Below are positions 46,444-56,542 of a DNA stretch of 64,000 nt, in pieces (the first letter of the stretch is position 1; every line of letters starts with the position of its first letter). The DNA lies in the NCBI GenBank assembly GCA_044229975.1, contig JBGARZ010000004.1, positions 352,001-416,000 on the forward strand. Direction: 5' to 3'. The position numbers were made by a program, and so were the translations under genes. Below the pieces are notes generated by a model. The model made no database searches and was not told where the DNA came from. It saw only the letters and a list, made by a program, of their open reading frames with translations. The DNA comes from Polyangiales bacterium. Lineage in GTDB: Bacteria > Myxococcota_A > Polyangia > Polyangiales > Ga0077539.

Positions 46444-47880
46444 ATGAAGTCACCCCCCGACGCCGCCCGCGGCGAGGTCATCCGCACGGACATCCCGGCG
46501 CGCCTCGACGCGCTCACGTGGTCGCGCTGGCACCGGCGCGTCGTCGTCGCGCTGGGCATCACGTGGATCCTCGACGGCCTGGAGGCGAGCCTCATCGCCA
46601 ACCTCGCGCCGACGCTCCAGGACGCGCGGACCCTCGGGCTGCGGGTCGCGCAGATCGGCCTCGCGAACACCGTCTACCTCGCGGGTCAGGTGCTCGGCGC
46701 GCTGCTCTTCGGTCACCTCACCGACCGCTACGGCCGCAAGCGGCTCTTCCTCGTCACGCTCGGCCTCTACCTCGGCGCCACGGCGGCGAGCGGCGCCGCC
46801 CCGAACTTCCCGGCGTTCCTGCTGTGCCGGCTCCTCGCGGGCGCGGGCATCGGGGGCGAGTACTCGGCCATCAACTCCGCGATCGACGAGCTCATCCCGG
46901 CGCGCCTGCGCGGCCAGGTCGACCTGGGCATCAACGGCAGCTACTGGATCGGCGTCGCGCTCGGCGCCCTGCTCACCCTGGTGCTGCTCGACCCGGCGCG
47001 GGTGCCCGTCCACCTGGGCTGGCGCCTCGTGTTCGGGCTCGGGGCGGTGCTCGGGCTCGTGATCCTGCTCGTGCGCCGGGACGTCCCGGAGAGCCCGCGC
47101 TGGCTCCTCATGCACGGCTTCGTCCGCGAGGCCCGGGCGACCATGGACCTCATCGAGTCGCGCGCTCGCGGCCACGGCGCGTCGGCGGCGCTCGCCGTGC
47201 GGGAGGTCGAGATCCGCGTGACGGGCGCGGTCGGCGCGGGCCACGTGATGCACGCGCTGCTGCGGCGCTACCCCCGGCGCTCGGCGCTCGGGCTCGTGAT
47301 GATGGTCGCGCAGGCGTTCTTCTACAACGCGATCTTCTTCAGCTACGGGCTCATCCTCCAGCGCTTCCACCACGTGCGCGCCGACCGCGTGGGGCTCTAC
47401 ATCCTCCCCTTCGCGGCCGGAAACTTCCTCGGCCCGCTGCTCCTCGGCCCGCTCTTCGATCGCTGGGGACGCCGCGTGATGATCCCCGCGACCTACGCCG
47501 CCTCCGGGGCGCTGCTGCTGCTCACGGGCGCGCTCTTCCGCGCGGGCGTGCTCGACGCGGTCACGCAGACCCTCGCGTGGTCGGTGGTCTTCTTCTTCGC
47601 CTCGGCGGCGGCGAGCTCGGCGTACCTCACGGTCAGCGAGCTCTTCCCGGTGGAGGTCCGCGGCGTCGCGATCGCCCTCTTCTACGCCGTCGGAACCGCC
47701 GGCGGCGCCGTCGCCCCGTCGCTCTTCGCGCGGATCGTCGAGGGCGGAGACCCGACTCGCCTGCTCGCGGGCTACGGGTTCGCCGCCGCGCTCATGCTGA
47801 TCGCCGCGGCCGTCGCGCGCCGCCTCGCCGTGGACAGCGAGGGACGCTCCCTGGAGGAGCTCACGCGGGACGGCGCGTGA
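46444..47880 (+). CDS. MFS transporter (sugar porter/aromatic acid-like)
   Basis: LTDRYGRK, GGEYSAINSAIDE, PESPRWL, SELFPVEVR. Confidence 0.92.
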   Translation: MKSPPDAARGEVIRTDIPARLDALTWSRWHRRVVVALGITWILDGLEASLIANLAPTLQDARTLGLRVAQIGLANTVYLAGQVLGALLFGHLTDRYGRKRLFLVTLGLYLGATAASGAAPNFPAFLLCRLLAGAGIGGEYSAINSAIDELIPARLRGQVDLGINGSYWIGVALGALLTLVLLDPARVPVHLGWRLVFGLGAVLGLVILLVRRDVPESPRWLLMHGFVREARATMDLIESRARGHGASAALAVREVEIRVTGAVGAGHVMHALLRRYPRRSALGLVMMVAQAFFYNAIFFSYGLILQRFHHVRADRVGLYILPFAAGNFLGPLLLGPLFDRWGRRVMIPATYAASGALLLLTGALFRAGVLDAVTQTLAWSVVFFFASAAASSAYLTVSELFPVEVRGVAIALFYAVGTAGGAVAPSLFARIVEGGDPTRLLAGYGFAAALMLIAAAVARRLAVDSEGRSLEELTRDGA

Positions 47881-47937
47881 CCTCACCCTCGACCCGATCC
47901 CCACCCCGGAGCCCGCGTCGGTCGGGGCGGGTCGCGA

Positions 47938-49806
47938 TCACCCGCCGGGATGCGTCGTGAGTGCGGAGTGCTCGCCGGTCTGCGACGCGCGCGGGTCGCT
48001 CGTCACCTCGAAGCGGAGCAGCACGCCGACCACGTCGTTCATCGAGAGGACGCCCAGGAGGTGCCGCCGCACGGGGTCATCGACCACCATCATCAGCCGC
48101 ACCCCGAGCCGGTTCATGGTGACCAGCGCGGCGCGCAGGCTCTGCTGCGGGACGAGCGTGCCGCGTAGCCGGGCGTGCTCGGTGATCGCCTCGGCGCCCC
48201 GCCCCTCGGCCTGCAGGCGGCGCAGGCGCGCCTCCGTCACCACGCCGACGAGGGAGCGGTCGGGCCCCAGCACAGGGATCGTCTCGAAGGGCAGGCCGGC
48301 GAGCGTCGCGAGGGCCGCGTCGACCGTGTCCGTGGTCGCGAGCGACACCACGTCGGACTTCATGGCGTCGCCCACGCGGTGCGACGTCAGCGCGGGTGAC
48401 GCGAGGTGCGTCTGCGGCATGTGCCGACCGTCCTGTTCGAGGAGGGCGTCGTAGATGGGCGTCGGACTCCGGGCGCGCGCGGTGACGTACGCGACCGCGT
48501 TGGCGACCATCAGCGGGAGCACCAGCTTGTAGCTCCCGGTCATCTCGAACACGATGAGGATGCTCGTCATGGGCGCGCGCACCACCGCCGCGAAGAAGGC
48601 CCCCATGCCGACCAGCGCGAAGGCCCCGAGCTGCGTGTCCGAGTGCATGAGCACGTGGCGGTCGACCTCGCCCATCAGCCCCCCGAGCATCGCTCCGACG
48701 AAGAGCGTCGGCGCGAAGATGCCGCCCGCGCCGCCGCTGGAGTACGACGCGATGGTCGCGGCGAACTTCGCCACGAAGAGCACCGCCATCACCTTCACCG
48801 GGAGGTTTCCCCGTAGCCCGACCACCAGCGTCTCGTAGCCGCCGCCCGCGACGCCCAGCGTCCCGACGAGCTCGAACGCGGCGAGGGCGATGAGCCCCGT
48901 GAGCAGACCTCCGACTGCGGGGCGCGCCCAGGGCGGGATCTTCGTGAGGTCGCGGAAGGCGCGGCGGGTGCTCAGCAGGCCCTGCGAGAAGGCGTGGCCG
49001 AGGAGCCCCGCGATGACCCCGAGCGCGGCGAAGACGAGCAGCGACGAGGCGTGCGTGAGCCCGTAGGAGCCCGGCACCGCCAGGACCGGGCGCTCGCCGA
49101 GGATCGAGTGCTCGACCGCGGCGGAGAGGGCCGCGGCCACGACCACGCCTGAGAGGACGGTGGTGTCGAGGCCCCCCACGAGCTCCTCGATGACGAAGGT
49201 GACGGCGGCGATGGGCGCGTTGAAGGCCGCCGCGATGCCCGCCGCCGCGCCGACCGGGATGAGCCGCCGCTGGTTGCTGGGCGAGAGCGCGAAGAGGCGG
49301 CCGAGCGCGCTCGCCACCGTCGCGCAGATCTGCACGGTGGGGCCCTCGCGACCGAGGGAAGAGCCGGTGCCGATCTGTAGCGCCGCCAGGACGAACTTCG
49401 CGGCGCCGTCGCGGTTGCGCAGCCGACCCGCGCGCGCGCCGTACACCCACTTCACCTGCGGGATGCCGCTGCCGCGCGCCTCCGGGGCGAAGCGGTGCAG
49501 CGCCGCGCCCGCGACGAGCGCACCCGACGCCGGGACCACGATGAGCCCGACGACGCGCGTGACCCCGCTGGCCTCGGTGACGCGCGCGAGGAAGGTCGCC
49601 TCGACGAGCCGGATGAAGAGGTGGAAGCCCACCGCCGCGAGGCCGCAGGCCGCGCCGACGGCGATGGTGAGCCCGAGCAGGCGGTTCTGCTCCGAGGGGG
49701 TGGCCCGCTCGACGGCGCGGAGCAGGAGGCGGTTGAGGCGCGCCCCGGCGCGCGAGGCGAAGCCGATCAAGGGACGACGGTCGGGGCTCGGAAGGGACGG
49801 GCGCAT
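47938..49806 (-). CDS. CLC chloride channel/H+ antiporter with C-terminal CBS domains
   Basis: GSGIP, GREGP, AAFNAP, GGIFAP, CBS pair; start uncertain. Confidence 0.93.
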   Translation of the reverse strand: MRPSLPSPDRRPLIGFASRAGARLNRLLLRAVERATPSEQNRLLGLTIAVGAACGLAAVGFHLFIRLVEATFLARVTEASGVTRVVGLIVVPASGALVAGAALHRFAPEARGSGIPQVKWVYGARAGRLRNRDGAAKFVLAALQIGTGSSLGREGPTVQICATVASALGRLFALSPSNQRRLIPVGAAAGIAAAFNAPIAAVTFVIEELVGGLDTTVLSGVVVAAALSAAVEHSILGERPVLAVPGSYGLTHASSLLVFAALGVIAGLLGHAFSQGLLSTRRAFRDLTKIPPWARPAVGGLLTGLIALAAFELVGTLGVAGGGYETLVVGLRGNLPVKVMAVLFVAKFAATIASYSSGGAGGIFAPTLFVGAMLGGLMGEVDRHVLMHSDTQLGAFALVGMGAFFAAVVRAPMTSILIVFEMTGSYKLVLPLMVANAVAYVTARARSPTPIYDALLEQDGRHMPQTHLASPALTSHRVGDAMKSDVVSLATTDTVDAALATLAGLPFETIPVLGPDRSLVGVVTEARLRRLQAEGRGAEAITEHARLRGTLVPQQSLRAALVTMNRLGVRLMMVVDDPVRRHLLGVLSMNDVVGVLLRFEVTSDPRASQTGEHSALTTHPGG

Positions 49807-49867
49807 GCGGTGGTCGCTCTTCGGTGGAGGGCCCTGCGCCCGCGACGGCGCTTGCCCTAGCACCGTT

Positions 49868-50916
49868 TACTTGGTGATCCAATCATCGACCGGCGCGCCG
49901 CCGGTCACCGAGCGCGCGCTCGCTGCGGACGGTCACGTCCGAGGTCGCTTCGGGCGCGATGAAGTTCCCCCGCGACGCTCGCGAACCGACGGCCGCAAGG
50001 GAGGGGGCGGCATCTTCGATCGCTGCGGGCCGACCCCTCCCGGAATCTAGTTGGAGTTCCAATCTTATTGCACTAGACACGGTTGCCATGGGACTTCTGG
50101 GACGACGCGCGGTGTGGTCCGGGCCCCCTCCGGGCGGCGGCGAGCGGGGGCGGCGCGGCCTGAACGGCGGAGACTTCATTGGAGATCAAGGGACGATCGG
50201 GCATCCTCGCGCCCAAGGTGGCAGAGCCGACGGACGAGACGAGCGAGTTCCCCATGGGCCCGGTGCTGGATCTCCTCCGGGAGTGGTGGGCGCTCGACCA
50301 CGCCATCGAGCAGACGTCCCGGCGCATGGCGTCGCGGCTCGGGGTCACGGCGCCCCAGCGCATCGCGCTCCGCGTGATCGGGCGCTACCCCGGCATCGGC
50401 CCGGGCGCGCTCGCCGAGCTGCTCCACCTCGACGCGGGCACCATCTCGGCGACGATCCGACGCCTGGAGGAGATCGGCTTCGTGAAGCGACGGCCCTCCA
50501 CCCAGGACCGTCGACGCGTGGCGCTCGGGCTCACCGCCAGGGGGCGGGCGCTCGACGTCGACGACGAGCACACCATCGAGGGAGCGCTCGGCCGGGTGGT
50601 CGCGGGGGTCCCTGCGGCGGACGTCGCCGTGATGCGGAGGTTTCTCGCGCGCTTCGCCGAGGAGCTCGACCGGGAGCCGCTCGACGTCGCGGCGCCCAGG
50701 CGGGCCCGATAGGGGCTCAGCCGCGTCGGCCCAACCAGTTCAGGAGTCGACAGAGCGGGCCGTCCTGCTCGGGACGGCTCGGCGCCGCCGAAGCGCTCCC
50801 CTCGAAGCGAAACACCGTCACGCTGACGACCCCACCGGGCATCACCAGCACCTCGCGTCGCGCCGGCTCGGAGCGCTCCGCAGATCGAGGATCGGATCTC
50901 ATTGGGCCTCCAAGTA
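49868..50916. promoter_or_regulatory. Three copies of TA(C/G)TTGG-N4-CCAAT, putative MarR operator (49868-49884, 50048-50064, 50900-50916)
   Basis: TACTTGGTGATCCAATC, TAGTTGGAGTTCCAATC and (reverse complement) TACTTGGAGGCCCAATG upstream of clc, marR and otsAB. Confidence 0.6.
50254..50712 (+). CDS. MarR-family transcriptional regulator
   Basis: LGVTAPQ, LAELLHLDAGTIS, LEEIGFVKR...DRRRVALGLT. Confidence 0.9.
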   Translation: MGPVLDLLREWWALDHAIEQTSRRMASRLGVTAPQRIALRVIGRYPGIGPGALAELLHLDAGTISATIRRLEEIGFVKRRPSTQDRRRVALGLTARGRALDVDDEHTIEGALGRVVAGVPAADVAVMRRFLARFAEELDREPLDVAAPRRAR

Positions 50917-51037
50917 CATCACACATCGGCGGCGATGTCGCGCCGCGCGTGTCGGGGGAGGGGCGCGTCCCCCTGGCCGCGCCACCGGGTCGCGCGAGCC
51001 GCCCCTCCCTCTCCCCCAACCCGAAGGTGAGCGCCCG

Positions 51038-53251
51038 ATGAGCCGCGTCCTGATCGTCTCCAACCGCCTCCCCATCACGGTTCGCACGGGCGCCGACGGC
51101 GTCGTCGTCGAGCGCAGCAGCGGCGGCCTCGCGACGGGCCTCAAGTCCGTGCACGAGGACGGCGGCGGCGCGTGGATCGGCTGGCCCGGCTCGACCGGCG
51201 CGCTGACCGACGCGCAGCGACTGGCGCTCGACGAGCGCTTCGCGGCGCTGCGGGTGGTCCCCGTGGCCCTCTCGGACGCGGAGATCGAGCAGTACTACGA
51301 GGGGTACTGCAACGGCGTGCTGTGGCCGCTGTTCCACTCCTTCCCCAGCCAGCTCCCGCTGGAGACGGCGGACTTCTCGCTCTACCGCGAGGTCAACCAG
51401 CGCTTCGCCCAGGCGGTCGCGCGGCAGTACCAGCAGGGCGACCTCGTCTGGGTCCACGACTACCAGCTCATGCTCGTGCCGAGGATGCTCCGCGAGCTCA
51501 TCCCCGACGCGATCGTCGGGTTCTTCCTCCACATCCCCTTTCCGTCGCCCGACACCCTCCGCACGCTCCCCGCGCGCGAGGCGATGCTCGACGGCCTCCT
51601 CGCGGCCGACCTCATCGGCTTCCACACCGCTTCGTACATGCGCAACTTCGTCTCGTCGGTGCTGCACGTGCTCGGCGCCGGCGCCGACGTCGACCGCGTC
51701 ACCTGGGAGGGACGCGTGGCCAACCTCGGGGTGTTTCCCATGGGCGTCGACGCCCACGCCTACCGGCGCCTGGGCGAGTCGCCCGAGGTCCGCGCGCTCG
51801 CCGAGGAGTTTCGCGGGGCGCCCGACGAGCGGGTGCTCGTGGGCATCGATCGCCTCGACTACACCAAGGGCATCCCGCGCCGGCTGCTGGCCTACGAGCG
51901 CCTGCTCGCCGACCACCCCGAGCTCCACGGGCGCGTCCGCCTCGTGCAGGTCGCGGTGCCCTCGCGCACCAACGTCGAGGCGTACGCCGACTTCCGTCAC
52001 CAGGTCGACGCGCTCGTCGGGCGCATCAACGGCCGCTTCGGCTCGCCGCGCTGGTCGCCCGTCCACTACGTGTACCGCGGGCTCTCCGAGCAGCACGTGG
52101 CGGCCCTCTACCTCGCCGCCGACGCGCTCCTCGTGACGCCCATCCGCGACGGCATGAACCTCGTCGCCAAGGAGTTCGTCGCCACCCGCGCGGATGAGGA
52201 CGGCGTGCTCGTCCTGAGCGAGTTTGCCGGGGCCGCCGCCGAGCTCGCCGAGGCCGTGCACGTCAACCCCTACGACGTCGAGCGCTCCGCCCTCGCCTAC
52301 CACCGCGCGCTCGTGATGCCCGCGCCCGAGCGGCGGGCGCGCATGCAGACGCTGCGGCAGCGGGTGTTCTCCTACGACGTCCACTGGTGGTCGCGGGCGT
52401 TCCTCGGTCAGCTCACGCGCAGCGGGCACCGGCCCGACCACCACCCCGCCGAATACTCGCGCCCGGCCGACATCGCACGCGCGACGGCCGACCTCGTCGC
52501 AGCCTCGGTGAACGGCCCGCTCGTCCTGCTGCTCGACTACGACGGAACCCTGGTGCCCATCGCCGCGACGCCCGACCTCGCGCGCCCGGACGACGCCCTG
52601 TGCGCGCTGCTGGCCCGGCTCGCCGGGCGGCCCAACGTGCAGGTCCACGTCGTGAGCGGCCGCGGGCGCGACGTGCTCGACGGCTGGCTGTCGTCGCTCC
52701 CCATCGGGCTGCACGCCGAGCACGGGCAGTGGTCCCGGACGCCCGACGGCGCCTGGGCGGAGATCGAACGGCGCCCGGACCAGTGGCGCGCCCGCGCCCT
52801 GGAGATCTTCGAGGACTTCGCGGCGAGGACGCCCGGGTCGCTCGTCGAGCAGAAGCGCTCCGGGCTCGCGTGGCACTACCGCATGGCCGACGCGGAGTAC
52901 GGGCTCCTCCAGGCCAACGAGCTCAAGGCACACCTCGCGTCGCTGCTCTCCAACGCGCCCGTCGAGGTGCTGTCGGGGGACAAGGTCGTCGAGCTCCGAC
53001 CCTTCGGCGCGCACAAGGGGCGCGTGGCGAACGCCGTGCTCGCCCACGCCTCGGCGGACGCCGTGGTCGCGGCCTTCGGCGATGACAGCACCGACGAGGA
53101 CATGTTCGCCGCGCTCCCGCCGACCGCCCGGACCTTCCACGTGGGGGCCGCGGCGAGCCGCGCGCGGCTGCGGCTGCGATCGTTCGAGGACGTACGATCG
53201 ATCCTGACGCGGCTGGCGGACGCGGAGGGCGCGCCCTCGGGCGATCGGTAG
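51038..53251 (+). CDS. otsA: Bifunctional trehalose-6-phosphate synthase/phosphatase
   Basis: [38 protein letters not shown]-terminal HAD domain DYDGTL...GDDSTDED. Confidence 0.95.
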   Translation: MSRVLIVSNRLPITVRTGADGVVVERSSGGLATGLKSVHEDGGGAWIGWPGSTGALTDAQRLALDERFAALRVVPVALSDAEIEQYYEGYCNGVLWPLFHSFPSQLPLETADFSLYREVNQRFAQAVARQYQQGDLVWVHDYQLMLVPRMLRELIPDAIVGFFLHIPFPSPDTLRTLPAREAMLDGLLAADLIGFHTASYMRNFVSSVLHVLGAGADVDRVTWEGRVANLGVFPMGVDAHAYRRLGESPEVRALAEEFRGAPDERVLVGIDRLDYTKGIPRRLLAYERLLADHPELHGRVRLVQVAVPSRTNVEAYADFRHQVDALVGRINGRFGSPRWSPVHYVYRGLSEQHVAALYLAADALLVTPIRDGMNLVAKEFVATRADEDGVLVLSEFAGAAAELAEAVHVNPYDVERSALAYHRALVMPAPERRARMQTLRQRVFSYDVHWWSRAFLGQLTRSGHRPDHHPAEYSRPADIARATADLVAASVNGPLVLLLDYDGTLVPIAATPDLARPDDALCALLARLAGRPNVQVHVVSGRGRDVLDGWLSSLPIGLHAEHGQWSRTPDGAWAEIERRPDQWRARALEIFEDFAARTPGSLVEQKRSGLAWHYRMADAEYGLLQANELKAHLASLLSNAPVEVLSGDKVVELRPFGAHKGRVANAVLAHASADAVVAAFGDDSTDEDMFAALPPTARTFHVGAAASRARLRLRSFEDVRSILTRLADAEGAPSGDR

Positions 53252-53388
53252 CAGCTGCGAGAGCGCTCGACCGCGCTCAGGTCGCGGCGGCGTCGTTCGT
53301 TTTCGGGGCGAGCCCGGCGCTGGGAGGGCGGCGAACCCGGGGAAGGGTCACGGGCCCGACGCTCACGACCTCGCTCAACGGCGTCGGG

Positions 53389-54951
53389 TCAGTGCCCGGC
53401 GGCCTCGTCCTCCAGCGCGACGAGGCGCGCGTCGATCTCCCCCAGCAGCTCCTCGGCGGCCTCGGCGCCGATGGCCCCCTCGCGGTGTGCGTGCTGCGCC
53501 GCGTCCTTCTCGACGAGCAGGAGCTGCCGCGCCAGCGCGTGGCGCTCCTCGCGCCGGAGCGCCTCGTGGGCGAGGTGCATCGCGCGCAGGTGCTCGTCGC
53601 TGGCCGCGAGCCTCTGGTTGTACTCGTCGCGGAGCTCGGTGAGCACCGCGTCGGACAGCCCGCCCTTCCCGGCCGCCTGCTGGAGCGCGGCGAGCGCGGC
53701 GGTCGTCGCGCGCTGCTCCCCCCGCACGACCTCGTAGCGAACCCGGTCGGTGCCCGCCGCGACGAGCCCGAGGCGCCGCAGCAGCGGGGCCATGGTGAGG
53801 CCCTGCCCCAGGATGGACACCACCACCACGCCGAAGGTCATCGTCACGATCAGCTCGCGGTGTGGGAGCGAGCGCGGCAGCGCCAGGGCGAGCACCATGG
53901 ACAGCCCCCCGCGCAGCCCGCCCCAGGTGAGCACCGCCGCCCACGACGCGGGGAAGCGCTCGCGGGTGCGCCGCAGCGCGAGGCCCACGAGCGCGACCAC
54001 GACGCCCCGGGCGAGGGTCACGGCGACGAAGGCCACGAGGATGGGCTTCCAGGCGTGCAGCAGCGCGCCGAGGTGCACCTCGAAGCCGATGAGCAGGAAG
54101 ACCACCGAGTTGAGCGCGAAGGCGACGTACTCCCAGAACGACTCCACCGCGAGGCGCGTCGACGGCGACATGCCAGTTCGCGCGCCGTAGTTGCCGCAGA
54201 GCATCCCGGCCACGACGGTCGCGATGACCCCGGATAGGTGCACGCGCTCGGCGAGGGCGAAGGAGCCGTAGGCCGCGATGGTGGTGAGGGTGATCTCGAG
54301 CATCGGGTCCTCGATGCGCTGGGTGGCCTTCGAGGTCGCGTAGCCCACCGCGGCGCCGACGAGCAGACCGCCGCCGACGGTGCGCGCGAAGGTGACGCCG
54401 ACCTCCGCGGCCGAGAGCGACTCGCCGCTGACGAACGCGAGGACGAGGGAGAACACCACCACCGCCGTGCCGTCGTTGAGCAGGCTCTCGCCCTCGATGA
54501 GCACCATCAGCCGCCGCGGCGCGCCGAGCGACTTGAAGAGGCCGACCACGGCGATGGGGTCGGTGGCGGCGAGCAGCGCGGCGAAGACCAGCCCCTGCGC
54601 GAGGGTGAAGCGCTCGACCAGGTGCAGGGTGTTGGTCACCGGCACGAGGATCAGCGCGGTGAGGGAGATGGCGACGACGAGCCCGGGGACGGCGAGCGCG
54701 TGGATGGCCAGCTTGTTCGCCCAGAACTTCTTGAAGTCGAGGTGGAAGGCCGCCTCGAAGACCAGGCCCGGGAGGAAGACGGCGTAGAGCAGCTCGCGGG
54801 TGAGGTGCGGGGGCGAGAGGGCGTGCGTGGCGCCGAGCGCGAGCCCGGTGACCACGAGGGCCACGGTGTAGGGCGTGCGGAGCGCGCGCGCGACCAGCGC
54901 GACGGCGGTCGCGACGAGGAAGAGCGCGACGAAGATGAGCTCATGACCCAT
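53389..54951 (-). CDS. CPA1-family Na+/H+ antiporter (NhaP/NhaG-like)
   Basis: ATDPIAV, EGESLLNDG, SGVIATV, WGGLRG. Confidence 0.94.
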   Translation of the reverse strand: MGHELIFVALFLVATAVALVARALRTPYTVALVVTGLALGATHALSPPHLTRELLYAVFLPGLVFEAAFHLDFKKFWANKLAIHALAVPGLVVAISLTALILVPVTNTLHLVERFTLAQGLVFAALLAATDPIAVVGLFKSLGAPRRLMVLIEGESLLNDGTAVVVFSLVLAFVSGESLSAAEVGVTFARTVGGGLLVGAAVGYATSKATQRIEDPMLEITLTTIAAYGSFALAERVHLSGVIATVVAGMLCGNYGARTGMSPSTRLAVESFWEYVAFALNSVVFLLIGFEVHLGALLHAWKPILVAFVAVTLARGVVVALVGLALRRTRERFPASWAAVLTWGGLRGGLSMVLALALPRSLPHRELIVTMTFGVVVVSILGQGLTMAPLLRRLGLVAAGTDRVRYEVVRGEQRATTAALAALQQAAGKGGLSDAVLTELRDEYNQRLAASDEHLRAMHLAHEALRREERHALARQLLLVEKDAAQHAHREGAIGAEAAEELLGEIDARLVALEDEAAGH

Positions 54952-55034
54952 GGCGACAATGCCCCAGAGAATCGTGTGGGATGGATAGGACGGAGGCGAG
55001 CGACATGCGTGATCTCGACCGGGTCAACCGGTGG

Positions 55035-55081
55035 AGATGGCGGCCCGACCATCCGTTGTCCTGCAACCAGCGGTTGCACCC
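55035..55081 (-). promoter_or_regulatory. nhaA-I RNA motif (Li+-I riboswitch) upstream of the CPA1 antiporter
   Basis: Same motif as 37586-37632, located in the 5' UTR of the intact antiporter. Confidence 0.8.
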
Positions 55082-55197
55082 TGCCGTGGCGTCGGCGAGT
55101 CGTCTATCACGGCGGCGGCGGGCGCGGCACCATGATCGGTCGGAGGGCCCCAACCCCCCCACCACGCGCGCGAGGGCGGACGAAATCGCGGACGGCT

Positions 55198-55225
55198 GAA
55201 ACCTTCCCGAAGCCCCGGTCGTAGG
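55198..55225 (+). promoter_or_regulatory. Putative ECF promoter of the MNIO operon
   Basis: GAAACC-N16-CGTAGG, similar to the GTAACC-N15-CGTAGA sites at 58031 and 61213. Confidence 0.5.
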
Positions 55226-55272
55226 CCCGTCGCAGCCGGTCGGGTACCGGCTCACGAAGGAGCAGAGAGACC

Positions 55273-55701
55273 ATGAACAACGACATCCGCGCGAAGCTTC
55301 TGGTGATGGTGACCGCCGCCCTCGGTGGCGCCGCGATCGAGGGCTGCGCGAGCAGCGCGCCGCCCGCGACGGCCCAGCCCATGGCATCGAGCAGCGCGGG
55401 CGGTCAGGCCGCGAGCTGCGGTGCTCACGCCAGCGCGGGCGGTCAGGCCGCGAGCTGCGGCGCGCACGGTGCGGCTCCCGTCGCGCCGGTGGCCGCACAG
55501 GCCGCGAGCTGCGGCGCCCATGCGCCCGCCGCCACGCCGACCCCCGAGACGGCCCAGGCTGCGAGCTGCGGGCAGACCGGGAGCTGCGGCGCCTCCAACA
55601 CCGCCCACGCCCCGGGCACCACCGCCGCGATGCCCGCCACTCCGGCGGCGATGCCTGCCCCCGCCACCACGGCCGCGGCTCGTCCCCGCGCCACGCGCTG
55701 A
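55273..55701 (+). CDS. Putative MNIO RiPP precursor: exported, lipoprotein-like, with five SCG motifs
   Basis: AAGGAG RBS; hydrophobic signal ending IEG-C25; QAASCGAH x3, QAASCGQ, GSCGA; first gene of a DUF692 operon. Confidence 0.82.
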   Translation: MNNDIRAKLLVMVTAALGGAAIEGCASSAPPATAQPMASSSAGGQAASCGAHASAGGQAASCGAHGAAPVAPVAAQAASCGAHAPAATPTPETAQAASCGQTGSCGASNTAHAPGTTAAMPATPAAMPAPATTAAARPRATR

Positions 55702-55708
55702 GCGACCG

Positions 55709-56542
55709 GTGGCGCGCGTCGAGGGCGTCGGCCTGGGCTTGCGGGCCCCGCTGTTTCGCGACCTGATGTCGCGGGCGCCCCCGGCGTTGCGCTGGGTCGA
55801 GGTCTCTCCCGAGAACCACCTCGGGCGCGGCGGGTTCTTCGAAGCGATGCTGGCGGAGACCCGCGCGCGCTTCCCGGTGGTGACGCACGGCGTGAGCCTC
55901 GGGCTCGGCGATCGTGAGCCGCCGGCGCGCGACCTGCTGCGCGCGATGCGGGGCTTCCTCGAAGCCGTGCAGACGCCCTGGCACAGCGATCACCTCTGCT
56001 TCGGCGCGGTCGACGGCGCCCACCTCCACGACCTGCTCCCGCTGCCATTCACGGAGGAGAGCGTTCGTCGCGTGGTGAGCCGGGTGCGGCTCCTCGAAGA
56101 CGCGCTCGGCCTCCCCATCGCCGTCGAGAACATCTCCTGGTACGCGCACCCCGGCGAGGCCGAGATGGACGAGGCCGACTTCCTCCACGAGATCACCGCG
56201 CGCAGCGGCGCCCTGCTGCTGCTCGACGTCAACAACGCCTACGTCAACGCCCGCAACCACGGCACCGACGCGCGGGATTTCATCCGGCGCATCCCCGCCG
56301 ACCGCGTGGTGCAGATGCACGTCGCGGGACACCTCGTGGGCGCCGACGGCTCGCGCATCGATACGCACGGCGAGGCCGTCTGTGACGACGTGTACGCGCT
56401 GCTCGCGGAGGCCCTGTCGCGCACCGGTCCGGTGCCCGTGCTGCTGGAGCGCGACGGGGGCTTTCCTCCGTGGGAGGAGCTCGCCGCGGAGATCGAACGC
56501 CTCGACGCCATCGTGCGCGCGTCGGCGGAGTCCGCGCCGTGA
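55709..56542 (+). CDS. DUF692 multinuclear non-heme iron oxidase (MNIO; MbnB/TglH/ChrH/BufB/HvfB family)
   Basis: GVGLGLR, EVSPEN, HGVSL, SDHLC, HDLLPLP, VENIS, LLDVNN, HVAGH, IDTHG, LLERD. Confidence 0.95.
   Translation: MARVEGVGLGLRAPLFRDLMSRAPPALRWVEVSPENHLGRGGFFEAMLAETRARFPVVTHGVSLGLGDREPPARDLLRAMRGFLEAVQTPWHSDHLCFGAVDGAHLHDLLPLPFTEESVRRVVSRVRLLEDALGLPIAVENISWYAHPGEAEMDEADFLHEITARSGALLLLDVNNAYVNARNHGTDARDFIRRIPADRVVQMHVAGHLVGADGSRIDTHGEAVCDDVYALLAEALSRTGPVPVLLERDGGFPPWEELAAEIERLDAIVRASAESAP

Noticed and set aside
47938..49806. Fluoride-specific CLC-F or a fluoride riboswitch
   Set aside because: The signature motifs are the canonical chloride type (GSGIP, GREGP), and no crcB-type motif was recognised upstream.
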